DNA of 64,000 nucleotides, taken from Polyangiaceae bacterium (GTDB taxonomy: Bacteria; Myxococcota_A; Polyangia; Polyangiales; Polyangiaceae). The stretch's first letter is position 1. Each line of letters begins with the position of its first letter. The stretch spans positions 32,001 to 96,000 of the forward strand of contig JBILLK010000024.1 in NCBI GenBank assembly GCA_044376115.1. Reading direction: 5' to 3'. The notes under the pieces were generated by a model. It was not told the DNA's origin, did not search any database, and saw only the letters and a list, made by a program, of their open reading frames with translations. The translations under genes and the position numbers were made by a program. Of the stretch, positions 28,947-38,204 are shown piece after piece.

Positions 28947-30392
28947 CTACTTCCCGCTTGGGCCACCGCTGTAGGTGGCACAATTACCTGAAGGCAGCGT
29001 TCCCGGTACGGTGAAGTCCACAGGCGTTGTCGTTCCAAGGTAGTTGCTGGTTGTGGTCTGTGCCGTGTTGGCGACCCAATCGAGAGTTCCTCCCCAGGTC
29101 GTGCCGGTCAGCGTGAGATTCCAGCCGACGCCGAAGTCAGCTGTAATCTGGAGATAGCTGGTCAGCGTCGACGCGGGCGCAACCAGGTTGTCCAACGTCA
29201 CCCGCGTATTCTTGAAGTTGAAAGCACTTCCACTTTTCGGATCGACTGGCGTCGAGCCCCAATCCACGTCGGTGAAGGTGAGGGACCTTGGCTGAGTGGC
29301 GCTCGTCATCCACCAATACTCTTTGCCCACTGCGTAGTTGTTGCCCCTGCTGAAGGCCTGAGCCACCTGGGTCACGAGGGTCTCGGCAACGGGGCTCCCG
29401 GTCCCGTTGCTACCGGACCACCAGGTGTAGAGCCGGTAGCCCTGCGACTTGGTGCCCGGGTCAAGCTGAATGTGGCGTCGATCCGCATTCGGGTGAACCG
29501 CCGTGTTCCCACCGAGGTCTCCCAGGACCTGCGTGCCGCCTTTGTACTGCGGCCAGATCTGCGGGGTTTGGTCGAAGTCGAGCGCCTCGAGCAGCGCCGT
29601 CGCCTTCTTGATTAGCTGCCAATAGGAGAGCGTCATCGGTACGTTGCTGCCGACCTGCTGGGCGACCCATTGGTTGGCCACCGAGAGCAGCGCCCAGGTG
29701 AAGGCGCCGTGCGGTGCACCGGCGAACCAGGACTGTTGGGCTTGCTCGCCGGGCGCGCAGGCTGAGAGCACGAGAGCGCCGATCTGAAGGTCTTTGTCGA
29801 AGGTCGCCTGCTGGATCGGATCGCCGCCGAGGCTGGTCGTCGGCCTGTTTTGCGTGCCGGGCTGCGGCGTGCCGTGGCAGCAGTCGAGCACCACGGTGAG
29901 GTTGGCTGCAGCCTTCGGTCCGAGCCGCGCGCCGAGCTCTTTGAACGAGATGGTGTTGCCGAGCTCCGAGGTGGTGTCGCTCGGACAAAGCAAGAGGCCC
30001 TTCTCCTCGGTGTGCGCGCCGTGGCCCGAATACCAAAGCAGGCCCTTGTTGCCGGCCTCGAGCTCGCCGCGCAGCCAATCAATTTGTTCGTAAATGCCCT
30101 TCTGCGTCGTGTCTCCGAGGTCGGCGCGCAACAGCGCGTTGCCCGGGCTCGCGACGTCTTTGCTGGCGGTCTTGATTCGCTCCGGGCGCATACCCAAGAA
30201 GGCGCAGCACTGCCCGACGGCGTAGGCATCTTGCGCGCCGCCCTTGAGGTTCTTCGCGCCGGAAGGATCAAACGCGCTGTAGTCGTTGATGCCGATGATC
30301 AGCGCACAGGCGGTGCTGTGAAAGGGCGTCGCCGCCGCGGCTGCGCGTTCCTTCTCCGTCACGTCGTTTGCAAGCGTCGTCTCGTCACTCAT
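28947..30392 (-). CDS. Caspase-family (peptidase C14) protein with Thr/Trp-rich C-terminal domain
   Basis: ALIIGINDY, NLKGGAQDA, YSGHG (catalytic His), LDCCH (catalytic Cys), SAC...A...HGAFTWAL, QTPQ. Start set at MSDETT with an upstream GGAG. Confidence 0.88.
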   Translation of the reverse strand: MSDETTLANDVTEKERAAAAATPFHSTACALIIGINDYSAFDPSGAKNLKGGAQDAYAVGQCCAFLGMRPERIKTASKDVASPGNALLRADLGDTTQKGIYEQIDWLRGELEAGNKGLLWYSGHGAHTEEKGLLLCPSDTTSELGNTISFKELGARLGPKAAANLTVVLDCCHGTPQPGTQNRPTTSLGGDPIQQATFDKDLQIGALVLSACAPGEQAQQSWFAGAPHGAFTWALLSVANQWVAQQVGSNVPMTLSYWQLIKKATALLEALDFDQTPQIWPQYKGGTQVLGDLGGNTAVHPNADRRHIQLDPGTKSQGYRLYTWWSGSNGTGSPVAETLVTQVAQAFSRGNNYAVGKEYWWMTSATQPRSLTFTDVDWGSTPVDPKSGSAFNFKNTRVTLDNLVAPASTLTSYLQITADFGVGWNLTLTGTTWGGTLDWVANTAQTTTSNYLGTTTPVDFTVPGTLPSGNCATYSGGPSGK

Positions 30393-30442
30393 TCGAGGAT
30401 CTCCTGGTCGATTGATTTGTGCCCCATCCGTCGAGGCCGACT

Positions 30443-30487
30443 CAATGTCGCTCGCTGGCGGGAAAGGTGTACTTCGCCGATATTTCC
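30443..30487 (-). promoter_or_regulatory. Degenerate third copy of the 11-bp-period box, upstream of the caspase gene
   Basis: + strand TACTTCG (30470) and TATTTCC (30481), 11 bp apart, 78 bp from the ATG, same orientation as boxes 1 and 2. Confidence 0.45.
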
Positions 30488-30680
30488 GCTGGCCGTTGTG
30501 CCGCCAAGCAGGCGTCACTCGGCCGTGCCAGGCCGCCGCGCAACTCGCCACACAGCGGCTTCCGCTACCCCAATCTGACGCCTCTCTGGCGCCACGACCC
30601 CCAACGCTCAGTGACACCAGCTTGGCATCAGCCGTGGCAGCCTACTCAAGAAAGGCGTCTTTCTGGAGACTTTAGCTCCC

Positions 30681-30875
30681 CTACGCGCTGCGCATTCCCC
30701 AGAGCCATCCGAGTTCGAGCTCCACTTGATCGAACGGCTCCGCGCGAACGAGCGCGTCATCGCTGAAGGTGTGGATCAACCTGTAGGTCGCGCCATCGAG
30801 GGAGAGGACCTCGAGCGTTTGTGCTTCCGGATCCACGAACCAAAGATGAGCGACTTGTTCGCGTGCGTAGACCCC
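30681..30875 (-). pseudogene. 3' fragment of a Uma2/DUF820-family endonuclease
   Basis: YAREQVAHLWFVDPEAQTLEVL...VRAEPF..VELELGWLW is the typical Uma2 C-terminus. The N-terminal half (PD...VEVLSPST) is absent. Confidence 0.75.
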
Positions 30876-30996
30876 GCACGACGCCGGGCCATGCACCGGC
30901 GCACGACTGCGCGCACGGCTTTGGTTTCCGGGGCGTAGACCTTGGTCCCTTCGGTGAGCACGGTGGAGTCCTCGGCGTACTTGAGCCATCGCGGGC

Positions 30997-33093
30997 TCAT
31001 TCGAACTCATCGGCGATGAACAGCTTGCCGAGCTTCACCGAGTTGGTCTTGCGATCGACGGCGCCGGTGATGGTGAACAGGCTGGTCTTGCCGTCGCCGT
31101 CGAGATCGCCCTCGGCCGAGATCTCAAAGCCGTCTTTGCCCGGGTTGGGGCCACCGCGCCCTGGGCCTTTGTAGCCGCCACCTCGGCGATAGTCGTATTG
31201 GTAGAACTGCGGCCCGACCATCGAGAACTTGAGACACTTCCAGCCTGCCAGCGGTGAACCCGTTTCGTAGTCGCGACCCTTCTCGGACGAAGGCTGATAC
31301 TTAGCGCCCTTCGGCACGGTCGCCGGCACAGCTTGCGCGGACTCGCAAAGCCTGTGTATCGGTGCGCCCGCCGCGTTGAGCGAGGCCGCATCCGATCCCT
31401 CCCGCTCGAAGGCTTGTTGAGCCCCTCGTGCGATCGCGAAAACGGAGCCCTTGGCCTCGGCGGTCTTGGAGGCCGCGAGGTAGCGTTTTGTACCGTAAAT
31501 GGCGAGCGAACTGAGCGTGCCGATGCCCGAGGCGATGGCCGTTTCGCCCGACATATGCACGCCCAGATCGAGCCCCTGCGTGTTCGGCCGGAGCAACAGC
31601 TCGGCGAAGGCGGTGGACTCGTTGGCCGCGACAGTTCCTTGGGCAGCCTCGGGCGGAAGCAGCTTTTGCAACAGCGCGAAATCGGCGAAGGCCAGCAGCT
31701 GCTGCTGGGTCGCCACGCGGGCGCGACCACTGCTGAAGCCGCGCCCGTCTCCCAGCTTGGCCTTCGGCTTGCGGGCGGAGGCCAACATCGCCGGGACGAA
31801 GGCGGTGCCACCGACCACGATCAACACCCGACCCTTCTCGGCCACGACCTCCAATCGAGTTTCACTGTCTCCCAACGAAACGGCGCCCGGCGAGACCTTG
31901 GGCGACTTGCTCTTGTTGTTGGCCACCGCCGCGCCGAATACGTCCACCGCCGTCTTCGCGAGCGCGTCGTCACGCGTCGCGATCGCGATCACCAGCGCGC
32001 CCTTGGACAGATCGCCATCGAGCTTGGTACCCGGGGCGACGTAGGCCCCGAGCGCGAGCTCATCCCCGAGCCCACGCTCCACGTCGGCCAAGGTGAGCTT
32101 GCCAATCGCGGCCAGCCGCTCGCCGACCAGCTGCACCACGTCCGAGTCGTCCATGCGCCCGAGCTCGGCCAACAGATCACTCACCGTCTTGCCTTGTTTG
32201 CGCCGCAAGGAGACGCTCATCCCACCCACGGCTCCATCCGGAAGCTCCATCAGCCCCTTGTGTGCCGCCGGCTCGAGCAGCTGGCCCAGACGCGGCACAG
32301 CGCTGCCGTTGAGCACACTGTCGAAGCGCAGCTCCCCGCGGCTGAGCGCACCGTCGAAGCGTGACCCGCGATCGGCGAAAGCGTTCTCCTGCAGCGTGGC
32401 TGCAAGGTTGCTCGAGACCCAGAGGCCCTTCTCTCCCGCGGCCACCGTCTCGGCGGACCCGCCGCGCTTGAAGGCTTCTCCTTTGCCGGCTGCGCGAGCC
32501 AGCATGTCGCTGCGCAGCGTTTCATGCAGCGTGACCATGAGGATGTTCGAGCCGGGCACACGGTCGACGTTGATCGGGCCTTCGCCATCCCCTTTAGGCA
32601 GGTTCCAGCTATCGGGCCCGGTCTTCTTGAGTTTGAACGCCTCGGCCAGCTTGTCGCTGATGTCTTCACGCAGCCGCAGCACGAGCCCATAACCTTGCTC
32701 GCCGCGCACCAGCACCACGGCGCCGGCGTAGTTCTTCAGCGCGAGATCGATCAGCGCGGCGTCGAGGCCGAGCTCTCGTTGCAACCAGTCACGGGCAAGC
32801 CCGGCCAGCGGGCCCGACCGCATCGCCTCGGCCTGATCGCCCCACAGCGCCTCGAAGGAAGGCAGGCCCACCACCAGTCGGGCATCGGCCGGAACCAGCG
32901 TCTCGAGCGAACTCAGCTTGGCCGGAGCGTTCGCCTCGGCCTCCTCGCCGGTGAGCCCAGCGGGCGGCGGGAGCTGCGCACTCGAGGTGGCTGAGCCAAC
33001 CGCGAGCTCCTTCGCGCTGGGCTGCGCTCCACCACACGCCAACAGCCAGCACATCGCACCAACCTGGACGAATCGGTTCCGCATGCGCGGCAT
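30997..33093 (-). CDS. Lipoprotein: large N-terminal domain fused to C-terminal type IV pilin-like domain (paralog A)
   Basis: Lipobox LLAC. C-terminal SLAIYGTKRYLAASKTAEAK...LC...WKCLKF...YQY...GDLDGDG. Start is 33093 or 33084. Confidence 0.75.
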   Translation of the reverse strand: MPRMRNRFVQVGAMCWLLACGGAQPSAKELAVGSATSSAQLPPPAGLTGEEAEANAPAKLSSLETLVPADARLVVGLPSFEALWGDQAEAMRSGPLAGLARDWLQRELGLDAALIDLALKNYAGAVVLVRGEQGYGLVLRLREDISDKLAEAFKLKKTGPDSWNLPKGDGEGPINVDRVPGSNILMVTLHETLRSDMLARAAGKGEAFKRGGSAETVAAGEKGLWVSSNLAATLQENAFADRGSRFDGALSRGELRFDSVLNGSAVPRLGQLLEPAAHKGLMELPDGAVGGMSVSLRRKQGKTVSDLLAELGRMDDSDVVQLVGERLAAIGKLTLADVERGLGDELALGAYVAPGTKLDGDLSKGALVIAIATRDDALAKTAVDVFGAAVANNKSKSPKVSPGAVSLGDSETRLEVVAEKGRVLIVVGGTAFVPAMLASARKPKAKLGDGRGFSSGRARVATQQQLLAFADFALLQKLLPPEAAQGTVAANESTAFAELLLRPNTQGLDLGVHMSGETAIASGIGTLSSLAIYGTKRYLAASKTAEAKGSVFAIARGAQQAFEREGSDAASLNAAGAPIHRLCESAQAVPATVPKGAKYQPSSEKGRDYETGSPLAGWKCLKFSMVGPQFYQYDYRRGGGYKGPGRGGPNPGKDGFEISAEGDLDGDGKTSLFTITGAVDRKTNSVKLGKLFIADEFE

Positions 33094-33194
33094 GCTACTC
33101 CGGACGTTCACCGAGCACGTCGGCGATATCGCTGTTGGACCCTGCTTCGAGCCCCGTTCTTGTCTTCCCAGGGTTTGCGTGATTCGCTCGAGCG

Positions 33195-33587
33195 ATGTCT
33201 TCACGTCAGGCGGTTCGAGCGACGATGGTGGTGGCGATCGCCTGCTCGCTCCTGCCCGGCGTGGCGCTCGCGAGTGGCAACGCCGACGGCTACCCCACGC
33301 TGCTCGGCTTGCTGGCGGTGCCCCCGCTCTTGCTCTTGGCCATCGGCTTGGGCATCGGTTTGGCGATCAAGAAGGCACACGTATTCGTGGGCGTGATCGG
33401 GCTCGTGTTGGCGAGCCTCGCTGCGTTGTGGCAGGGCTTTTGGTACTTGCTGGAGCACGAATTTCCGCTCGGCTTCGCGTCGATTGGGATCGTCACCAAC
33501 CTCTCGGTCTTCTTGCTTGCGGTGCTGCAGCTACAAGCCGGCGGGAAGCGCGCACGCGAGCGCGCCGCGCATCCGCCGTTTCGCTGA
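33195..33587 (+). CDS. Small integral membrane protein
   Basis: Signal-like N-terminus and three hydrophobic helices. Fills the gap between the two paralogs on the opposite strand. Confidence 0.6.
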   Translation: MSSRQAVRATMVVAIACSLLPGVALASGNADGYPTLLGLLAVPPLLLLAIGLGIGLAIKKAHVFVGVIGLVLASLAALWQGFWYLLEHEFPLGFASIGIVTNLSVFLLAVLQLQAGGKRARERAAHPPFR

Positions 33588-33598
33588 GAGGGCGCGGC

Positions 33599-35611
33599 TC
33601 ACTCTTTCTCGTCAGCGATGAACAGCTGCGTCGCGAGCCGCACGCTCTTCGTCGCTTCGTTAACCTTCCCGGTCTGGGTGAAGAGGCTCGTTACGCCGTC
33701 CCCATCCAGATCGCCCTCTGCCGAGATCTCGAAGCCGTCAGCGCCCGGATCCGGGCCTCCGCGCGCGGGGCCCTTGTACGGCCCACCCACCCGAACCTCG
33801 TATTGATAATACTGCGGTCTCGACATCGAGAAGCGGAGGCACTTCCAGCTCGGGTGCCCGTAGTCGACGCCATCGTCGCTGCTAGCCATCACCTTCATCC
33901 CGCGTGGAACGAGGGCGGGCACCGCCGGCGCCGACGGGCACAGCTTGTGACTCCCGTCCTCCTGCTCGCGCTCGTAGGCCCCGACCATACCGCGCGCGAT
34001 CGCGCCGACCGTGTTCTTCGCCTCGGAGGCCTTGGCGGAGCCAAGGTACGAGCGCACGCCGTAGATCGCCACGCTCGCGAGCAGGCCCACTACGGTCACG
34101 GCGCCACCCGAGCCGCTGGCCGAGAGCTCGAGCCCGCGGTCGAACGGCTTGAAGCCAAAGCTGAGCAGCGTCGACACGTCGCTCAGCTGCGCGAGGTCGG
34201 CGCCGTTCAGGAACTCGGCGGGCAGCAGCTTCACCAGCGCTCCGACGTCGACGAACGTCGCGATCTGGCTCGTGGTCGCGACTCCAACCTTCGCCGCTTG
34301 GAAGGCCTTCGAGTCGCCCAGCTTGTCCGCCGCCGAGGCCGCCGAAAGCCGTTTCACCGTCTCGGCGTGCCCAGCGAGCACCCGCAGCCGACCACCTGCG
34401 ACGGCGACCTCGAAAGTCGCCCCCGGCGGCATGCCCTTCTGCAGCGCCTCGGCCAATCGCTTCGCCACCGCCTCATCCTTGACCGCGACGTCGATCAGCA
34501 CTGCGCTGGACTCGAGCGGAGACCGCGAATCGAGTCGCAGCGGCTCGCCCGACGAGTAGACAGCGATCGCGAGTTCGTCTCCCAGCGCGCCGTCGATCTC
34601 GGCGAGCGAGCTGGCGAGGCCGCTCTTCAGCGACTCGTCGATCTCTTCGGCGACGTCCTTACCGTCGACCTTGCCGAGCTCTGCAACCACGTCGCGCAGC
34701 GTCTTGCCCGGCGCGCGCTGCAATGAGACCTCCAGCCCGAACATCGCCCCGCTCGGTAGCGCGGCCAGCGCAGAGAGAGGCCGCGCAACTACGACCTGGC
34801 CGAGCTGCGGCACCCGGGCCCCGATCAGCGTCAGCTCCAGATCGAGCTTGCCACCCTTGGGACCATTGGCGTCGCTCGTGAGCCCGAACAAAAGCTTGGA
34901 GCCCGCTTCGGCCGTGCCTGCGCCCGCAGGACCCAGCAGCGAGCCGAGGTCCAGCGCAACCGAGAGGCCGTCCCCTGCCCTGCGTCGGAAGAACGGCGAC
35001 TCGGTGTACGGCTTCTGCTTGCCCGCCTTCGTATCGAGCACCGCCGTGAGCGCCGACTCGTCGTTCGCGAGCACGACCACGCGCTCCTTCTCGAGCAACG
35101 TCGCGTGGATCGGCATACTCCCTTCGCTGCGCAGCCAACGGTCTTCCCCCTTCTTCTCGAACTTCGCCAGCCCGAGCGCCGCCGTCACCAGCGAAGCGTC
35201 CTTCACGCGCAACAGCACGGCGCCCTTCGGCTCCGGCTGCGCTGCCGTCGCGAAAAGCACCGCGCCGTCGTAGGCCTCGAGCAGCTTGCTCAGCATCGCG
35301 GTCGGTACGCCCAGCTTCGTCGAGAGCTCGGTCAGCGCCCCTTCCTCGATCTTCTTCCAGGTGGCCGCATCGACCTGACCGCGCACCACGTCGAACGACG
35401 AAAGACCGACGACGAGCTTCGCGTCGATCGGCACCAGCCGCGTGAGGTCGCTGGCGGCGACCTCGGGCTGCGCCGTGCTCTTGGCCTCGGCCGTCGCGCT
35501 CGCGGCAGCGCTGGGGGCGTCCTTCGAGCCGCACGCAGGGCCGGTGAGCGCGAGCCCCGCGACGGAAAGCCCGAGCATCAGACGGCGTAGAGAGGGAGCG
35601 AGTCGCTTCAT
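33599..35611 (-). CDS. Lipoprotein: large N-terminal domain fused to C-terminal type IV pilin-like domain (paralog B)
   Basis: Lipobox GPAC. C-terminal LLASVAIYGVRSYLGSAKASEAKNTVGAIARG...WKCLRF...GDLDGDG. Clear full-length similarity to paralog A. Confidence 0.8.
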   Translation of the reverse strand: MKRLAPSLRRLMLGLSVAGLALTGPACGSKDAPSAAASATAEAKSTAQPEVAASDLTRLVPIDAKLVVGLSSFDVVRGQVDAATWKKIEEGALTELSTKLGVPTAMLSKLLEAYDGAVLFATAAQPEPKGAVLLRVKDASLVTAALGLAKFEKKGEDRWLRSEGSMPIHATLLEKERVVVLANDESALTAVLDTKAGKQKPYTESPFFRRRAGDGLSVALDLGSLLGPAGAGTAEAGSKLLFGLTSDANGPKGGKLDLELTLIGARVPQLGQVVVARPLSALAALPSGAMFGLEVSLQRAPGKTLRDVVAELGKVDGKDVAEEIDESLKSGLASSLAEIDGALGDELAIAVYSSGEPLRLDSRSPLESSAVLIDVAVKDEAVAKRLAEALQKGMPPGATFEVAVAGGRLRVLAGHAETVKRLSAASAADKLGDSKAFQAAKVGVATTSQIATFVDVGALVKLLPAEFLNGADLAQLSDVSTLLSFGFKPFDRGLELSASGSGGAVTVVGLLASVAIYGVRSYLGSAKASEAKNTVGAIARGMVGAYEREQEDGSHKLCPSAPAVPALVPRGMKVMASSDDGVDYGHPSWKCLRFSMSRPQYYQYEVRVGGPYKGPARGGPDPGADGFEISAEGDLDGDGVTSLFTQTGKVNEATKSVRLATQLFIADEKE

Positions 35612-35737
35612 GCGGGCGATGCTCGCACCCGAAGCTGTCGCCGTCGAGGTGGCCTGACGACGACACGTTCAAGGCCGGTGGCGCGCAAAGCTCTGTGGGC
35701 AAGTGCACCGCGGCCAAAGCTCCGCTAAGAGCAGCGC

Positions 35738-36463
35738 ATGAACGCGCGAATCACAGGCTTGGCTCTTCTGCTTGCTGGCTGCTCGGTTGCTTCCTCCCCG
35801 CCTCCCAGCGACGGGCACGACCATGCGCACGGGCACGACCACGCGCATCCGGACCACGTTGCGCACCACAAGAACCACGGCGGGATGCAGCACGACTTCA
35901 GCGACGCTGCGATGTGGACCAAGCGCTTCGACGCAGCCGAGCGAGACGCGTGGCAGAAGCCGGACGAGGTGGTGAAGTTGCTCGCGTTGAGCGAAGGCAT
36001 GGTCGTGGCCGATCTCGGCGCTGGCACCGGCTACTTCGGCGCGCGTCTGTCCAAGGCGGTCGGGTCGAGCGGGAAGGTGTTCGCGCTCGACGTCGAGCCG
36101 AAGATGGTCGAGTTCATGACCGAGCGTTTTAAGAAGGAGTCCTTGTCGAACGTCGAGGCGAAGGTCTGCCCGCTCACCGGCACCGGGCTCGCCGAGGCCT
36201 CCGCGGATCGCGTGCTGATCGTCGATACCTGGCACCACCTCGGCGATCGCGCCGCCTACTCGAAGCACCTCGCGTCGGTGCTCAAGCCGGGTGGATCGGT
36301 GGTCGTGGTCGACTTCACGCTCGAGACCGACAAGGGCCCGCCGAAGGAGCATCGCCTTTCGGCCGAGCAGGTGATCGCAGAGCTACGCGCAGGCGGCCTC
36401 GTCGGCAGCGTGCTCGAAGAGACGCTGCCCGATCAATACGTCGTCTCGGCGAAGAAGCCCTAG
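35738..36463 (+). CDS. Class I SAM-dependent methyltransferase with lipoprotein signal and His-rich linker
   Basis: VADLGAGTGYF, ALDVE and LKPGG motifs. Lipobox LLAGC. GHDHAHGHDHAH linker. Confidence 0.88.
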   Translation: MNARITGLALLLAGCSVASSPPPSDGHDHAHGHDHAHPDHVAHHKNHGGMQHDFSDAAMWTKRFDAAERDAWQKPDEVVKLLALSEGMVVADLGAGTGYFGARLSKAVGSSGKVFALDVEPKMVEFMTERFKKESLSNVEAKVCPLTGTGLAEASADRVLIVDTWHHLGDRAAYSKHLASVLKPGGSVVVVDFTLETDKGPPKEHRLSAEQVIAELRAGGLVGSVLEETLPDQYVVSAKKP

Positions 36464-36477
36464 CGCTGGACTCCCGG

Positions 36478-36801
36478 TTAGCCGTCGCACTGCATGGCTT
36501 CTTCAGCGCTGTTCGCCTTCAGCGTGCACTCCACCATGCCGTGCGTCATATCGGCTTCACAGCCCGCGACGAGCTCCCCGCTCCTCGCCCGCATCGCTTC
36601 TTTCTTCGCCTCGTCGATCTCGATCCCCTGCTTCGCCGCTTCTTCGAGCACGAGGTTGCTGATGTGCTTTGCGACCTGTTCGCACTCTGCATGCGTCGCC
36701 TTTACCTCTGCGCCGGGAGCGTTGGCGGTCGAGCCGGAGGAGCCGCCGCAGGCGACGGTGAGCGAGAGAGCGAGGAGGGTTGCGAGTTTGATCACGAGCA
36801 C
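36478..36801 (-). CDS. Small Cys-containing lipoprotein
   Basis: Lipobox LTVAC, helical domain with 4 Cys. GTG start. Confidence 0.7.
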   Translation of the reverse strand: MLVIKLATLLALSLTVACGGSSGSTANAPGAEVKATHAECEQVAKHISNLVLEEAAKQGIEIDEAKKEAMRARSGELVAGCEADMTHGMVECTLKANSAEEAMQCDG

Positions 36802-38076
36802 CTAGCTAACACGTCCACGCGCCTTTCGCCGGCTTCGTCGAAGGCCCAAGCCAAGCGCAGCAACCGCTAGCCAGCCGCTGCTGCGAGGGGCGCTCGGCGT
36901 AGCAACGGCACAGCCATCGGAAGAGCCGGCTGGCTCGGCGCCTGCGTCTCCACCAGCGCCGCTCTCCTCTCCGGTGCCACCGTTCCCGGTGCCCTCACCG
37001 CCCATGCCGCCGGCATCCCGGTCGAGCTGAACGTGTAAGAGAAAGGCTCGCCGTTCTCGAGGTAGAAGCGGCGCGGCTCGGCGCCGTCATGGTTGGGCGT
37101 GAGCAACGCCGTACCGGGCAGGGCATGCGGCCCTGCCGTCACGTTGGTGCCATTGACGACCGTGGAACCAACCAGAAAGTCGCAAGACTCACGCGCAATG
37201 GGCTTGCCGTTGGCGATCGGCGAGTCCATCTGCATACTGCTCGCGTTCAGGGCGAGCCCGACGAAGAGCCGGTCAAAGTCGAAGACCTGGTTCGTCGCGA
37301 GCAACAAGCAACGGCCAAACCCGCAACCAAAACCGCGATTCATACCGATCGGCACCGCCAAACTGGAGCCAACGATGGGGTCCGTTGCCACGCCATCCTC
37401 TCGCACCACGCGCAGCTCCATGCTCACGGTGTTGTTTGCGTTGCGGTCGTTCCACTGAATGAGCGTGTACGCATCGGCGCCGTCGTACCCAGTGCCATGG
37501 AGCTGCAACGTGCGCGTATTGTCGAAGCCAACGTAGGAATCCTGGGTCATGGCCAGCGTTGCTCCGAGCTGCACTTCCCCGTCGATCGTGATGGGCAAGG
37601 CCGCGATCGCGTCGGTGAGCTCATCCTGAGGTTGGTTGGTCACCTTGAGCCGCGAGCGATGCTGGTAGACGAGCGTGAAGCCTTGGCTCGAGCGCTCGAG
37701 CGCAAGCTGACTGATCCATCGCTCCTGAACCGTGTAGACCGGGCCGATCTCCGAAGGATTCGGCTCGACTTGCTGCACCAGCAACAGAGGGGCTGGGTCT
37801 AGCAGCGTGCCCTCGGCATCAAAGCGGAAGCCCATGATGCGGTCGTACGTGGGTTCACTCTCGACCCACACAAGCAGCCCCACGCCACATTGCCAACCGA
37901 TGTCCCAAGTCCCGGTTGCCAAGGGATACGTGCCCAGCGGAAACGAGGCCGAGACCAGCGAGCTTTGGCTCATTGCGACAGCGTCCGGCGCGCTGTCCTG
38001 CTCGCTATCAGGCTCACAAGCGGAGGCCGCAAGCCCAAGCAGCCACAACCAACGCTGTCCCGTCATTCCCCTCATG
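36802..38076 (-). pseudogene. Frameshifted or deleted MYXO-CTERM surface protein
   Basis: The N-terminal frame (ORF 36867-38192) has lipobox ASAC. The Gly linker plus DGCAVA...WLAVAALGLGLRRSRR tail lies in another frame (36802-37005). The break is near 37010-37020. Confidence 0.65.
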
Positions 38077-38204
38077 GTGCCACTATCTCCGCGTAACGCC
38101 TGGCTGATCGCAGGAAACCACGATTCAGCCAATGCAGCCGGAACTACCTTTGGCGACAGCTTGATCGGCCTTCGACTCAGCGACAAACTCAAGCGCCTGC
38201 GCCT

